Shown here in pieces: positions 36,796 through 50,496 of a DNA stretch of 64,000 nucleotides. The first letter of the stretch is position 1, and every line of letters begins with the position of its first letter. The translations under genes were made by a program, and so were the position numbers. Under the pieces are notes generated by a model that was not told the origin of the DNA, ran no database searches, and worked only from the letters and a program-made list of their open reading frames with translations. Source of the DNA: Eledone cirrhosa (lineage: Eukaryota); NCBI GenBank assembly GCA_964016885.1, contig OZ024740.1:182962001-183026000 (forward strand), in the 5' to 3' direction.

Positions 36796-39700
36796 GTATG
36801 ACCAGTTATAAACTGCAGCTGCTTCACATTATTTATATATATATCATACTGGGAGTGTAGGAGGTGACAGCTAGTGCCATCTATTAAAGAGAATATTAAA
36901 ACTAATAGGTTTTAACAGATAATCATTGCACAGCGGTATTACACATTTCTTGGAAACATCAGTCTTTACTTTGCTGTAAAAGATCTCTTGAATGGCTTAG
37001 CTTTATAAAGAATACACATACCAACTGACTGTTGAATGTAACAAAATTGTACTGGCATGGTTTTCTCAATTACTCTAAACCCATACCAACTGAGGAATAT
37101 CTATGTGCTGACTCAATCTACTAAAACTAGCAGCAAATTCTCCATATTAAATTGTTCAAACATAGGCACAAGATTTTCTAAAGACTGTGCTGTCTTTAGA
37201 AAGGTAAAATGAGCCTGAAAATATTAAATTGGGATTGTTATGACTCCATCGGGCTTCTACTTCTTTAATATACCCCCATTTCTTCATGTATTGAGTAACA
37301 GAGTAGGAAAGGGATCGGGTTGGCCTATATCTAACCCTCCGGTATCTCTAAATATCTACATTTATCACCATCAACTCCATCATTCCTATTAACACTAGAC
37401 TCTCCCATGCCATTACATCCTTGTTGCTATCCTGTTATGGAGCTTATGCTGCTTCCCTTATTAACTGCACTATTGAACTCCCCAGCAAACAATTCCTCTG
37501 CTTTCTCCTCCACATTTAAATCATACTCTCTCATCTTTCTGCTCTTGGCCATCACCAGCTTAATCTCATTTGCTTTAAAAGTTTGGACAGTGAATGATGT
37601 TGAGAGTTCCTCTTAGATCTGCAGTGCACTCGACAACCACATTAGTGTTGGTGTCATGATGAATACACTCAATACATTCTGTAACATGTTTGACATTCAA
37701 ATCAAACAGAAACAATATAAGGAAGAGAAGACGCTAGTTTTGTCAAATACATAAAACCCTCTTTAGTGCTGTTACCATGACAAAATGCACCCAGTGCACT
37801 CTTAAAAGCATTTGACAAATGTCTGGCAACTCATTAGTCTTGCCATGAATATAGCCTTGTCATTGCTGATACCATTATAAAATATACCTAGTACACTCAG
37901 TAAAGTGGTTGACGATGGATCGTTGACAACATAGTAGAAAGAACTGTTTAGTCCATGTGCTGTGAAAAAATACACAGAACACAGACTGTAAAGTGCTTGA
38001 TGATTGAAAGTTGAAAACATGAAACGTCTGCTTTGAGCCCAGAGGTTCATTAGGCTGGTGTTTATCCCGGTTTCTGTGGTATGAAGTTATTGAGGGTACA
38101 GGATGCCAGTCCATCACAGGGTTAAAACCCCAGCTATTGCAGATACTCATTTTCAGCTGAGTATACTGAAGCAACATGAAATGAAGGGTTTTGCACAAAA
38201 ACAAAACACACAATCCACTCCAGAAATCAAACTCACAAAATTATAATCATAAGTCCAAAATCCTTACCACTAGGCCACTTGCCTCCCTGTTGACAACATT
38301 GGGTAGTAGAAATTCTTTAGTTTTATTAAGACACAACAATCTTTCTAGTGCATGTGAGAAAATGCACCCAACAGACACTGAAGTGCTTGCTGTTAGGAAG
38401 GATATCTGGCTGTTGAAACTATGCCAACATTTGGAACATACTAGCATGACCCATCTTAGAACAGTATCTCTGAATTGAGTCTGACTCAGACAATGAGAAC
38501 CCCTTGAACCCATGCCAGCATAGAAACCAGAAATAAAATTATAATGATGTAAATATACAAAATATATTTTCAATTTTGCTGAATGTTCTTACAAATTTTA
38601 TAAGAATATATATCTAGAAGGCAAATTTCAAGCATAAATATAATTTCTTTTGAATCAAGAAAAATGATGAATAAGAGTAGAAAGTCAATACATTACATAT
38701 TTAAAGAAAGGATATTGACATTTCGAGCAGTTTGTCCTTTATCAAGATATATAAACGGAGGAGAGGCAGGGGAAATATATAGAAGCAAAATGGAGGTTTG
38801 TTTGTATATTTATGAAAGAAGTAGCAGAGTGCATAATTGCAGAATAGAATTGGGTGAAAGTAAGTAGTTTCCAGAAGAAAAGTGTAAAAATTATGGGTAG
38901 GATAAAGGGCAATATTGGGTATGTGCAGAAAGAATTATGGTAGGGTTCTGTATGAATGTGGGGGAGAGAGAGGGGAGGTAGATGGGTAGAAAAAGAAGAT
39001 GGTAAGAATGGAGGAGGTTATGAGGAAGAGAAGGGTAATAGAGGGGGAGATAAAGAGGGGTTTTGCCCTAGCATGGCTGTAGTATAATGATTTAAACCAG
39101 TAAAGAGGAAAATGAGCAACTGTCTACACAAAACAGAAACACTTGGGTCCATGCTATTTTACTGGTTTTAATACTTGAGCTACAGTTGTACAGGAGCAAT
39201 ACCCTTACAGGTTTAGTTTATCATATTAATCCCAGTACTTATTTCAGTTTGCTACTTATTCTGTTGATCTCTATTTGTTGAAGTAATAAGTTGCAGGACA
39301 TAAAGCGACACAATATATAAATAACACCAGGTTATTTATTTACCAGTGTAAATACACAGTCACACAGATATTCAAATATGTATATATCAGAACAAAAAAT
39401 ACAAAACATATTTTCAATTTTCCTGGTTTTTATACTTTTATCTTATCAGGAAATATATCCAGAAGGCAAATTCCGACCAAAACAGAGAAAACAAAAGTAC
39501 AACAATAGAAGGCAATCTGGCCATAGAAACCAAGCCAAAATAGAGATCTGTATAAGCAAGACGTGGTCACCTGCATTGACTTGTTTCATAACATGACAAC
39601 CCATCTAACCCATGCAAACATGGAAAGATGGAGGTTAAACGATGATGATGGTATATAAGCAGAAATATATATATTATAACATACTGACACATACCAAACC

Positions 39701-39983
39701 CAGTTTATATGAATATTGGATTTTGTATAAAAAATACTTTACACAAACATTACTTACTGCATCAACATTAAGAATAAGAATTTAATATTGTAATACATCA
39801 GATATCATGCATATGCCTACATTAGATTTAATATGATCATTATGGTTGTTTGAATAGTACCAGGGAAGATGTTTCCTCATATTGCTAATGTTTTACATTA
39901 TTTTACACATACTTATTTTTCAGCTATTCTTTTGATATTCTGTTTATAAAAGATACTAAAAGAGAAATTTTAAGTAACATGAC

Positions 39984-40230
39984 AAACATACTTTCATGGA
40001 GAATGTTCAAGATGAGTTAGAGGAGGAAATTATGTTTGACTGTTGTAAAATTAATATGTTTTGGTTTTTAACATATTAAGCTACAATGAAACCTGCTCTG
40101 ATCTAAACATACTTTCATGGAGTATGCCGAACAAGCAATGTTTGTTGAGGAAAATTTGCTTGTCTGTTGTAATATTAATCAGTTTTGGATTTTAAAAAAT
40201 TAATCTACAATGAAACCTGATTTGATCTAA
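39984..40230. repeat. Diverged tandem duplication, 2 x ~123 bp
   Basis: aaacatactttcatggag..ctacaatgaaacctg..tgatctaa occurs twice. Confidence 0.75.
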
Positions 40231-42036
40231 GAATAAATTACATTTTTCTGTCTGTGGATATTCTGAGTGTTGGGCCACCGATAAGGAAGTTGTTGTCCTT
40301 GTTGGCTGCTTGTCTCATTAAGATGTCAGGTGATGCTCATGAGAGTACTTGGCTGTTGCAGCACCTCAACCTTGCTGTCACCCATGTTAATACATTGAAT
40401 GTTTTTGGATAGTCTGACAAATTTTTATGAGCAACACCAGAATTCCTTGTAGCATGTAACAGAAGGTTGTCCAACTGCTTTGCCTAAAATAGTTATAATC
40501 AGAAACAATAAAAGCTGAAGAACCAACAGAATTTTGCTTTCATAAAACATTTGAAATTTTATAATTTAATAAGCTAAAATGTTTCATGCCTTTCTTGAAC
40601 TATTTTGTAATAACTAGTTAAAAATTTAAAATTCTAAAATATAAAACATCAAAAATGGATTATACACTATCCAACTATGCAAAGTAATGAAAATATTACA
40701 ATAATAATAATAATAATGACATTCATCAAATATCCCCAAAGTGGAAGTAAATGTAATTGTTTAATTTTGATAAGGTAAAAAACAACAAAGGATTATCTCT
40801 AAATGGTTTCCATAATTAACATTACAAACAAATTGCAAGTGTTGAATAGTGGGTTGGAAGAGTAATCATTAACAGCTGGGCTCAAGTAATTACCTATCAA
40901 TAACATAATATAACTTGCTGTTATAATGACTTGAAATAAATTCCAGGGATAAGTTGCTTAGAATGATTTTCACTTTGACAAGAATCTACTGCTGTGCAAT
41001 CCAGTGTCTGTGAAAAGTTTTGGTTATGGTGATTGTGATTGCTTTGGTAGCAGCAGTTTTCCTTCTTAAATATTTGTCTACAATTAGTAACTCAAAGAAT
41101 TCACTATTAGAATCAGTTTCCTGTTCATAAAAGGGGGCTATTAATATTAATGGCTAACTTGACAGTCATCAACACCATCAGTATCATCATCACCGTCAGT
41201 AAGTACTATTAACACCATCAACAACACCAACACACAATGATACACCTGACACAACCTATTTCACTAGCAGAAACTAGTTTCTAATATCCTGTCCGTCTGC
41301 TTGTTTCGAACGGTTACATTAGTATTATAACTACACATATAGTTAGTTTGCTGATGCCCTACAATCACCACCAGTAACAAGCATTACATGAAGAACAACC
41401 ATTCTCTTGATTAATGTGTCCCATTCATTTTAGAATCAAAATATTCATTGTTACATATAACAGTAATTATTCATATAATTCATCATAATTATTTGGCTCA
41501 TCATATTGCCTCTGTTAAATATCTGGCATTTTCTTTCTCTCTCTCTCTCACACACAGCCGCACGCACACATATATATATATAACCACCAAACTTCAATGA
41601 ATATATATATATATATATCAAATCCTTACAATATTTCTTCTAACTTCCTTTCAAAGACAACTTAATAATAAAGGTTAACTGTCACCTGCTGATTATATAA
41701 ACATACACAAACGTATGCACCCACATGCACATACAAATACTTGTAAAGATGCAAATGATGAGACACATATGTCTAAATGTATAAATTTCTATACATATTA
41801 ATTTATACAATATTATTATACAATATTACAATATTATGTACATTATACAATCATATATATATTCAGTCATATGTTAGTTTGCTAACACCACCATGACAGA
41901 TATACTTTCACATGTGTACACACACAAACATATAAAACCTTAAAAGAATGAATATATTCTGATAACACACCCATATATAATCTATATTCACACACACACA
42001 CACACATATATACACACACATACGTACACATACATC

Positions 42037-42113
<77 letters not shown>

Positions 42114-42609
42114 ATAAATGAGTTTAAGTTATTTATGATTCCCAAGTTGAAATTGAAGAGCAGCCATTCTTATTATCTATAAAAGTAAGTGTGAACAGCA
42201 AGAGACAAAATTCAGTGAATTTTAAGAACACATTTCAGTTTTATATACAATTCTCACAGACAAAGATTTCTTCTTTCCTTTAGAACCAATTTATTGGATT
42301 CTGAAGATATTTATATCCTACCATTTGTTCAAGAGCAATTTTGTATTTCACCAGATAAAAAGCTTCTCTGTGAAAATGAGTGGTGTTAGCTGAAATCAGA
42401 CTTCATATACATAATGAGTTGATGGATAACAAATGCACATATAAAATTAGATAAAGGGAACAATACATAGGAACAATATTTATCATTCAAGTGACATTTT
42501 AGATTGCTTGTAAAACTTTTACACAACATAACTATTTTTGTGCATTATATAGCTAGTTTAGAAAGTACATATTTGATAGCTATCTCAACTTTTATTCCAT
42601 TATTTACTG

Positions 42610-42805
42610 CAGTGTTTCTCAAAGTGGGTTCTGCAAAAACATTCTGGAGTTCTGTGAGATAAGGTGTCTTTTAATATAATTTAACGAAAATCCATTATAT
42701 ACATTTAAAAAAAAATTAATGAATAGATTCTCTCTCTAAAGCAATTTATATTTTATTTGATATCTTACTAAAATTAGGGTAAGTTTGAGGATCACAAACC
42801 ACTGA
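42610..42805. mobile_element. hAT-like MITE
   Basis: Ends cagtgtttctcaaa ... aaaccactg. A similar end, ttgagaaccactg, lies at ~23305. Confidence 0.45.
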
Positions 42806-43481
42806 AATTTTTTTCTGCAAACATATTTGTTTATAAAATTAAACATGATTAATTTAATGACAAAATCATTATTGTTTTCTTAATTATTTTGTCCTTTTAC
42901 TTGTTCCAGTCATTGAATTGCAGTTATGCTAGGACACCTGCTTCAATGGTTTTAAATTATATATTAACCTCAACACATTTTAATAGTATTCATCCTATAA
43001 ATTGTGGATGGGTGAAAGAGAAAGTTAACCTGAATGTATGTAAAGCCATACAACTGGAAAATAATTGGACTTAACTAAATGGGACAAAAATGTGCACATT
43101 TTTCTTTTTATATATAAACTTTCACATAAACTTCATCTACCAATTTACATACATTGTTTGTTGTTTTACCTGAAGCTTTGCTGCTCCCATATCTTAGAGA
43201 AAGCTACTGCTATACATACAAACATATGAGAACATCTTCAAACGTCATAAGTCTGATTACCAAACATTCTCTTGTGCCCAACATGCTACACTCACTAGTT
43301 TACAGATGTGTTGCATTGTTTTCTAGTTTTTCCGTTGACTTTTCCTACATATAATATGATTGCCTCAACACCCATAAACTAACAAGCAATATACAACTAC
43401 CAACTCCTAACTCACACACATACCTCTCCTTCTCTTCCTCATACTCTTCCTACAGTATTTAATCACATTCCATTCTATCAA

Positions 43482-43795
43482 TCCAGGGCCTTCTCACTTC
43501 TGTTGGAAGAACTGCTCCCAAATTGACCCCCATCGCTTTCTGTTTGGTGCTAGTCATGTTAGGGGTGTAGCTGTACTGACGATATTTGGCCAATTGTAGG
43601 TTGGTGAGGATAGCCGTTGACTTTGAGGAGTTAATCTACCCTTTTTACAGCCCCTGTTTTTGTGCTGCTGGTGTTCCACTTACCCTCTTCACTGGACCAG
43701 GGTCTGGTGGGAGAGTTCATATAGTCACCTATTACTCGACCAGGTTGTACCAGGTTGCATGGTACCTGTAGCAGGAAGAAACCTGACCTGACCAG
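43482..43795 (-). mobile_element. RTE 5'-UTR-like repeat
   Basis: Homologous to 53565-53915 and to the 5' part of 49542-50075. Confidence 0.55.
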
Positions 43796-43939
43796 AATAT
43801 GCACATTAATATATTATAAACACTCCATAGATGTTCACATAGTGAAATGTTTTGAAAACTTTTTATTTGGCATTCTACTAAATTTTATAGTATTAAAATG
43901 TGTTGCATCTGTATACTAACTTTGGCAAGTCACATGACA

Positions 43940-44290
43940 ATCGCAAAAGACCAGATGATATGACCATCTTCCCATTCCATGGTGGTAAACCCCTCATCTG
44001 GGATGCCACTTGCAGCAACACTTTCTCCAGCTGCACGTCGGACTGAAAAGGCCAAACTCTCCAAATACTGGTCACTCTCCGACAGGTTCGTGGTCGTGCC
44101 CTTGGCAGTGGAGACTTCTGGTGTCCTTGGCTCCAGGGCTACCTTCCTATTCACCACCATAGGTGCTGAGCTGGCCAGCCACAGGTGTGAGCCTCACGAG
44201 TTGGAATGGCTCTTCCAGCGCATCACCCTTACCATCCTCCAGGGAAACGCCTTCTCCATTCTGTCTGCTGGGGCTCTGAGGAGGCCAGCA
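43940..44290 (+). mobile_element. CRE-clade non-LTR retrotransposon, RLE endonuclease remnant
   Basis: RPD.MTIFPFHGGKPLIWDATC..KLSKY..DRFVVVPLAVETSGVLG..WLFQRITLTILQGNAFSIL. A shorter piece lies at ~26800-26905. Confidence 0.8.
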
Positions 44291-45058
44291 CGTGGTACCC
44301 CATTTGCTCTCCATATAGATTAAGTCATATAACCTCTATTTTTCTTTTATTTACTCTTTTACTACACTACCATCAGAAGATTAAGCTAATAAGTTTGGGA
44401 ATCATATTGAAGAATTATTTATTTACAATATGCCTACAATTTTTGTGGTTATAACCCCAATATTATCCTTTATGGAGTAAGGCTTAGTATATTTTGTTTT
44501 GTTTTAATTTTTTGTTGGTTCTATTTTAAATCAATTGACAAGATCCCAGACATCATTTGCTTATCAAGTGGGGTGGAACTCATCAAATCAGATCAAAGGA
44601 AACAATGTTTCCTTAGATCTTTCCATTGCTGGTACTAACTACCAGTACTATTTACCAGTCACAACTCCAGCCAGAAGTATATTATTAACATGCTATAAAT
44701 ATTAAATATGCTTGTTAAATATGTTATGGGAATATTTTACTTCATTTCACTACTAAACATATTTTGGTTAAATTTAGCAAAATCAAAACTAAAAGCAGAA
44801 ATAAAATATCACATTCCCAATGACAGACAAGTGATTGCACTTTCTTTCTCTGTTCTAGAACCTGATACATGTCATATCAAATGAATTATTGCTGAATGAA
44901 TTGCAGATAGTAATAATTATTTTCTTTTTCTATATCTAATGCAATATTATCAAAGAAATTATTGAACATGATGAAATTCCTCCAAACAGCTGGTCAATAC
45001 AGTTATTAATATATTTTCTTTTTTTTATCTATAATCAATTCCTCCTCCCACTATACAG

Positions 45059-45223
45059 AAAGGATCAAATATTGATATATCTGAATTTCATAAAGACTCT
45101 TCAGACACCACAGAAGCCATTGAATTCACCAGAACTGCATGGAGTTTGGAATTATCGAATATTGAAATTAAAGAATGTTCACAGACCACCAGCCCAAAGA
45201 TACAATTACTAAAAACATCCTGT
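45059..45223 (+). CDS. Candidate internal exon of unidentified host gene
   Basis: Pyrimidine tract + cAG | 55 open codons (KGSNIDISEF..LLKTSC) | GTAAGT, phase 0/0. Confidence 0.4.
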
Positions 45224-45669
45224 GTAAGTGTGCTTTTTTTTAACCCTCTTTTTGGTGATGCCTGTGGTTACTCCCATAGCAACAGACCTCAATATGCCAA
45301 ATGAAAAATAAAAATACAAAATAAAGGAATACTCGATAAATTTAATTATCTAATTTATCATGATTATCATTTTACATCCTCATTTTCATGCTCTTATGGG
45401 TTGGACTAATTGCCAAATACAGTTTTTAAAACTGGTGCTATGATAACAAAGCCATAAGACTGTTTTATTAAATTGATACATCATATGGCATCTTGGAGAA
45501 GTGTCATCTACTATTACCATATTTAATAGAGTTGACTAATCACAGAATAAATATACTGTGAAAGTTTAATATAGCCAGTTTTCTTTCAACAGATAAATTG
45601 AAGCTGACTGTATGAAACATTTATGTTTAGGCGTGTGTGACTAACCCCTATCTCAAACAATTATTTCAG

Positions 45670-45816
45670 AACAATTTAGACCTATGTATAATATTCAAAC
45701 ACTTTTCTCTAAAGATCATGTTGTTAGTCATCTTAGTAGTGACATTAATGGGAGCAGCAAGCATAAATAATAATGAATTAAAAATAGTTGGTGTGGAAGT
45801 GCACAATCTTTCTTGA
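45670..45816 (+). CDS. Candidate terminal exon of unidentified host gene
   Basis: Branch-like ACTAAC at ~45640, tttcAG acceptor, phase-0 frame with hydrophobic IMLLVILVVTLMGAASI to TGA. AATAAA at ~45958. Confidence 0.33.
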   Translation, partial: NNLDLCIIFKHFSLKIMLLVILVVTLMGAASINNNELKIVGVEVHNLS

Positions 45817-46206
45817 TTTCTCATACTTAATATGCGAGAAAAAAAGACTGTCACCATGTATTAAGTGACATCTTTTTGTTAATACGGCTGATCAACTTCT
45901 ACACATATCTTCCACAATATTGATTCTGCACTTTTATATTAACTTCCAAGGTTTGTAAATAAAAGTTGACATTTATCGACACAAGAAACACATAAGAATA
46001 GTAATAAAATCTCTCAACATAAATCAATTTTGTTTCAAAATTACTAATAATAATTGCTTCTAGCATTGATACAAGGCCAGCAATTTGGTTGAAAAGGAAA
46101 GTTGATTATATCAACCACAGTACTTAACTGGTACTTTATCAACACCAGCAGGATAAGAGAAAAAGTTGACCATAGCGAGATTTGAATTTAGACAATAATG
46201 CATGAA

Positions 46207-46240
<34 letters not shown>

Positions 46241-46241
46241 T

Positions 46242-48046
46242 TAGGGTGACTCTTTATCACCGCTTTTATTCAGCATCGCACTTATACCATTAAGTAAAAT
46301 GCTCAATGAAAAAAAACATGGATATAAAGTCTATGACAAAACCATTAATCACTTGTTCTACATGGATGACCTGAAGCTATTTGCAAAAAATGATGAACAA
46401 TTGCAAGGGTTATTATCCACTGTAAAGCAGTTCAGTGATGACATTAAAATGGAGTTTGGACTAGATAAGTGCACCAAAGGAACGTTCCCCAGAGGAAAGC
46501 TGCTGAAAAGTTCAGACATTAATCTTGATCGGGGGAATGTGATAAGAGAACTTGATCAAGAGGAAACTTATAAATATCTAGGTGTTTGTGAAGGAGACGG
46601 AATCAAGCACTTGACAATGAGGGAAAGGATAAAGAAGGAATGTTACCGCAGAGTAAGAGCAATCTTAAGAATGGAATTGAATGCAAGGAATAGGATCGAT
46701 GCCAGAAACACACTCCAATACCAGTAGTAACCTACAGTTACAATGTCATCAACTGGTCAAGCACAGAGATCCGTAGGCTCGATACAAAAATTAGAAAGTG
46801 CTTAACCATGCACAGAATGCATCACCCTAAGGCAGATACAGATAGAATATATCTCCCTAGGAAAGAAGGAGGACGTGGGTTAATCCATTTAGATATTGCG
46901 TTGAAAACTGCAACAATTGGATTATCTATATATCTAAAGGAATCGCATGATTGAATGATCAAACACGTTTTGAAACACGAAAGTATCAAAAGATCATACT
47001 CCATTACAAATGATGCACAAAGATACAGTAATGGACTACACATTTCAAAAGTTCCATTTACTGCTGAAATGAAAAACACAGAAAAAGCAAAGCAGGTAAA
47101 AGTAACTGCAAAGAAAGAACTGCTACAGAAACTGGCTAAGAAATGGCAAGAAAAGCCTCTGTATGGAAAATACCCAGAAATAGCTAACAATCCTGATGTT
47201 GACAAAACTTTAACCTATCAGTGGTTGGCATCCTATGGACTGAAATCGGAGACTGAAGGACTGATTATATCAGCACAAGATCAGTGTCTGCCAACAAAAA
47301 ATTGGCAAGCCAACATAATAAAAATTGGATGCAACCCATTGTGCTGTGTATGTAAAAAACAACTAGAGACCATTGATCATATAATTTCAATGTGCAGTCC
47401 TATAGCTGTAACCGAATATCTAAACAGGCATGACAAAGCTGCACAATACATACATTGGATAATGTGTAAGCATTTTGACCTGCCCCATCAAAAGAATTGG
47501 TGGGAGCATCAACCACCTCCCATACTTGAAAAATATCACATCTCAATCTTGTGGAACTTTAGCATCCAAACAGACCGAAAAATAGATGCAAATAGACCTG
47601 ATATAATACTGAAGGACTTTAAAAAGAGGGTATGCCTGCTAATTGATATGTCTGTTCCAATAGACAAGAATGTATCTATAAAAACATTTGAAATATTGAG
47701 ATAGTACCTGGAGATAGAAATTGGAAAAATGTGGAAATTGAGAACTAAAACAATACCAGTGGTTGTAGGTGCTCTAGGAATGATACCTAAGGGTCTAATG
47801 ATTACTTATTGCAAATCCCAGGAAACCCGTGTATAGGAGAAATACAAAAGAGAGTACTAATGGGAACTGCCAATATACTAAGGAAGATTCTGTCAATATA
47901 AGTACATCACAAGTCTAAACACCTAAAGATGCATGTGTGTGTATGTATGTTCTTTCTTGAACATGGCGGACCTTGTTGTCTCTTGAGATCACTGGTTGTG
48001 ACTTGGTGATAACTCGTATGAACATAAAGCAAGATAAATGCAACTG
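46242..48046 (+). mobile_element. R4/Dong-clade non-LTR retrotransposon (RT + CCHC + RLE), 5'-truncated, decayed
   Basis: GDSLSP, HLFYMDDLKL, FGLDKC, YKYLG, PRKEGGRGL, AQDQ, CxxC..HIISMC, RHD, NRPDI, VVGALG. Flanked by (TAA)n, the known Dong target. Confidence 0.92.
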
Positions 48047-48070
48047 TAATAATAATAATAATAATAATAA

Positions 48071-48429
48071 GATCGTGCCTGATTGTAGATGTAGCCTGCC
48101 CATTTGACACAAGAGTGCAAGAAAAGGAGAGCGAGAAAATTAACCGATACCAGGACTTAAAGTGGGAGTTAAAAAGGATTTGGAACTGCCATGAAATCAA
48201 GGTCATCCTGATTGTCATAAGCGCACTAGGTACTATCTCAAAGAGTTTCCAAGGATGGTTAAAGAAGATTAGTCCAGTCTCACTTTTTGGAACACTTCAA
48301 AAGGCATGCTTGCCGGAAATAGCTAGAACCCTCCGATACGTCCTGAATATCTGAGGCTGCAGGTAGCGGCTTGATATTCATTTCAACACTTTCCAGTTAA
48401 ATAACATCAATGACTGAGACTCAAAGAAC
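48071..48429 (+). mobile_element. Second R4/Dong-family 3' fragment
   Basis: CLIVDVACPFD..EKINRYQDLKWELKRIW..ALGTI..LQKACL. (TAA)n on both sides. Confidence 0.85.
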
Positions 48430-48499
48430 AATAATAATAATAATAATAATAATTCTTTCTAACATTGGCACACTGTCGTGTGCTATCATATAACACTTT

Positions 48500-49250
48500 A
48501 GCATGAGAAATGACTTCGAAGAAGATCGTTGTTTAAAGTGCCTTGAGAAAAATAGGCTGTCATACAAAGTGCTTATTATCCCCAAAGTATGAGGATGAAC
48601 ATGTTGAAGTGATGTTACCACCTCCAACCACATTGCTATTGCAGCCATCATGTAGTGTTTGAATGTGACATACACATGCCTTACCTTTGCAAGGGTTTTA
48701 TGCTGAATTTGATGTTAACCCAGATTACACCATCATAGATTTATGAAACAGTGAACCAACTTAATTGCAACTGCAAATGAGCTTATTGTTGTGACTGCTA
48801 ATGCTCTAAATCTGAAGATTTTCAATGTCCCATGGAACACATTATGAAGTGAGGCAGACAACAACTTCCAGGATTATCCTACATTAGATAGAGATGAAAA
48901 GGGAGTTTTGGTGTTTGCCAAGGTCATTGATCAGGGACGCTTCCCTGATGTAATCAATGAAGACATTCAACAACACACCAGAAATCTTCAAGAAAACCTT
49001 ACTGAATAAACCATGAAGAACTGCTGAAATCATCCACAGAAAAAGATGAAACTAAAGAAGCAATGGCTCATTCCTCAGTGTAGACACTGAAGAAATCCCT
49101 GCCGGCCTTTCACCCAAGTTAAAACAAATTTTTCATATCAGCCATATGATCTCAGTTGCCCAAGATGACACAACTTCCAATAACTATGATCTTTATCAAG
49201 AAATCCACAATTACCAACCCTCATTCCACTTTTAAATCTTCCCAGGTATC
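48500..49250 (+). mobile_element. pogo/Tigger DNA transposase remnant
   Basis: YKVLII, VEVMLPPPTTLLLQP (FLPPNTTSLLQP-like), FPDVINEDIQ..ENLTE. Heavily decayed. Confidence 0.55.
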
Positions 49251-49466
49251 AAGTTTCAGGGAATCTGACTCCTTCAAATCATTGTTATACATAGACATGT
49301 TTTCATATAACACAAGGGTGGAATAGGGAGCAAATTGGGCATGTAAAAGAAATGGGTACCAACTGTACTACAATGACTTCTGTTTTGTCAATTTACTGCC
49401 AATAACACATATATATATATATGTGTATATAAAGATGGACGTTAAACGATGATGATGATGATGATG

Positions 49467-49502
<36 letters not shown>

Positions 49503-49541
49503 ATGTATATATATATATGTATATATATATATATACATACA

Positions 49542-50075
49542 TGGTGGCTGCCAACTCGTTTTCGAGTACGGCCACTACTTTATATCCATGTAGGAGAACC
49601 CCTACTGATGCGCTGAACGAGTGTGACTTTTTAGTCCAGCCAGCTACTTGAAAACTCTGGTACAAACACTACACTTGTGATAATTATTGATACATAGTGC
49701 TGGGCCCATGGTACCATGTGACGACAAGTGCAGAGAGATCTCCAGATATAAAGCAATGCATGTGCTGTGAAGCTTTTATAGTGAGCAAAGGCACTTCACA
49801 AAGCCAGTCCCACTCTCTTAACCAAGATGATATTTAACAAAAAGAAGAAGAAGTCAACATCATTGGATAGCATCAGGGTTGCAGGTGTTATATCAGAGTT
49901 TTCCTTCTCCTAGAATTCTGCCTTGACAAAGGCTAAGGGGTCATCTCTCCCGGTGATTTTGGATGGCCATTGACTCTTAAGAGCTCCTTTGCCCTTTGAC
50001 AGGTTTTGTTTTTAGTCCTGCAGGATGTCGAAAGTGACCCTCCTCACCAAGAAACCTTGGTGGGATGGCCAGTTT
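49542..50075 (-). mobile_element. RTE-derived bipartite non-autonomous retroposon, longest copy
   Basis: RTE 5'-UTR-like half joined to the C2H2-encoding 3' end. Lies between TA-rich tracts. Confidence 0.8.
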
Positions 50076-50118
50076 ATACATACATACATAAAATACATAC
50101 ATACATATATATATATGA

Positions 50119-50457
50119 AGGCACATGGCTTAGTGGTTAGAGCATTGGCTTTGCAATCGAAAGGTTGTGAGTTCAATTCTCAGACCGGGTGATGTGTTGT
50201 TTCCTTGAGCAAGACACTTTATTTCACATTGCTCCAGTTTACTCAGCTGTAGAAATGAGATGATAGGGACTGGGGTCCCTATCATTCCACTGCAAAGTGG
50301 TCGTGGAGGTGCCACGGCAACAAAGCACCCAGCACTCACTGTAAATGAGGTTGGTGTTAGGAAGGGCATCCAGCTGTAGAAATCAAGCCACAATCAGTTC
50401 CCGTCCCACCCTTGCAAGCAGGGAAAAGTGGACGTAAAATGATGATGATGATGATGA

Positions 50458-50496
<39 letters not shown>

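Noticed and set aside
38708-38752. Minus-strand ttgataa-agg..ctc-gaaa-tgtc resembling a Penelope-type HHR
   Set aside because: Two core mutations and poor stems, so it cannot be supported.
50119-50195. tRNA genes
   Set aside because: The A/B boxes are SINE heads without a full cloverleaf and continue into SINE bodies.
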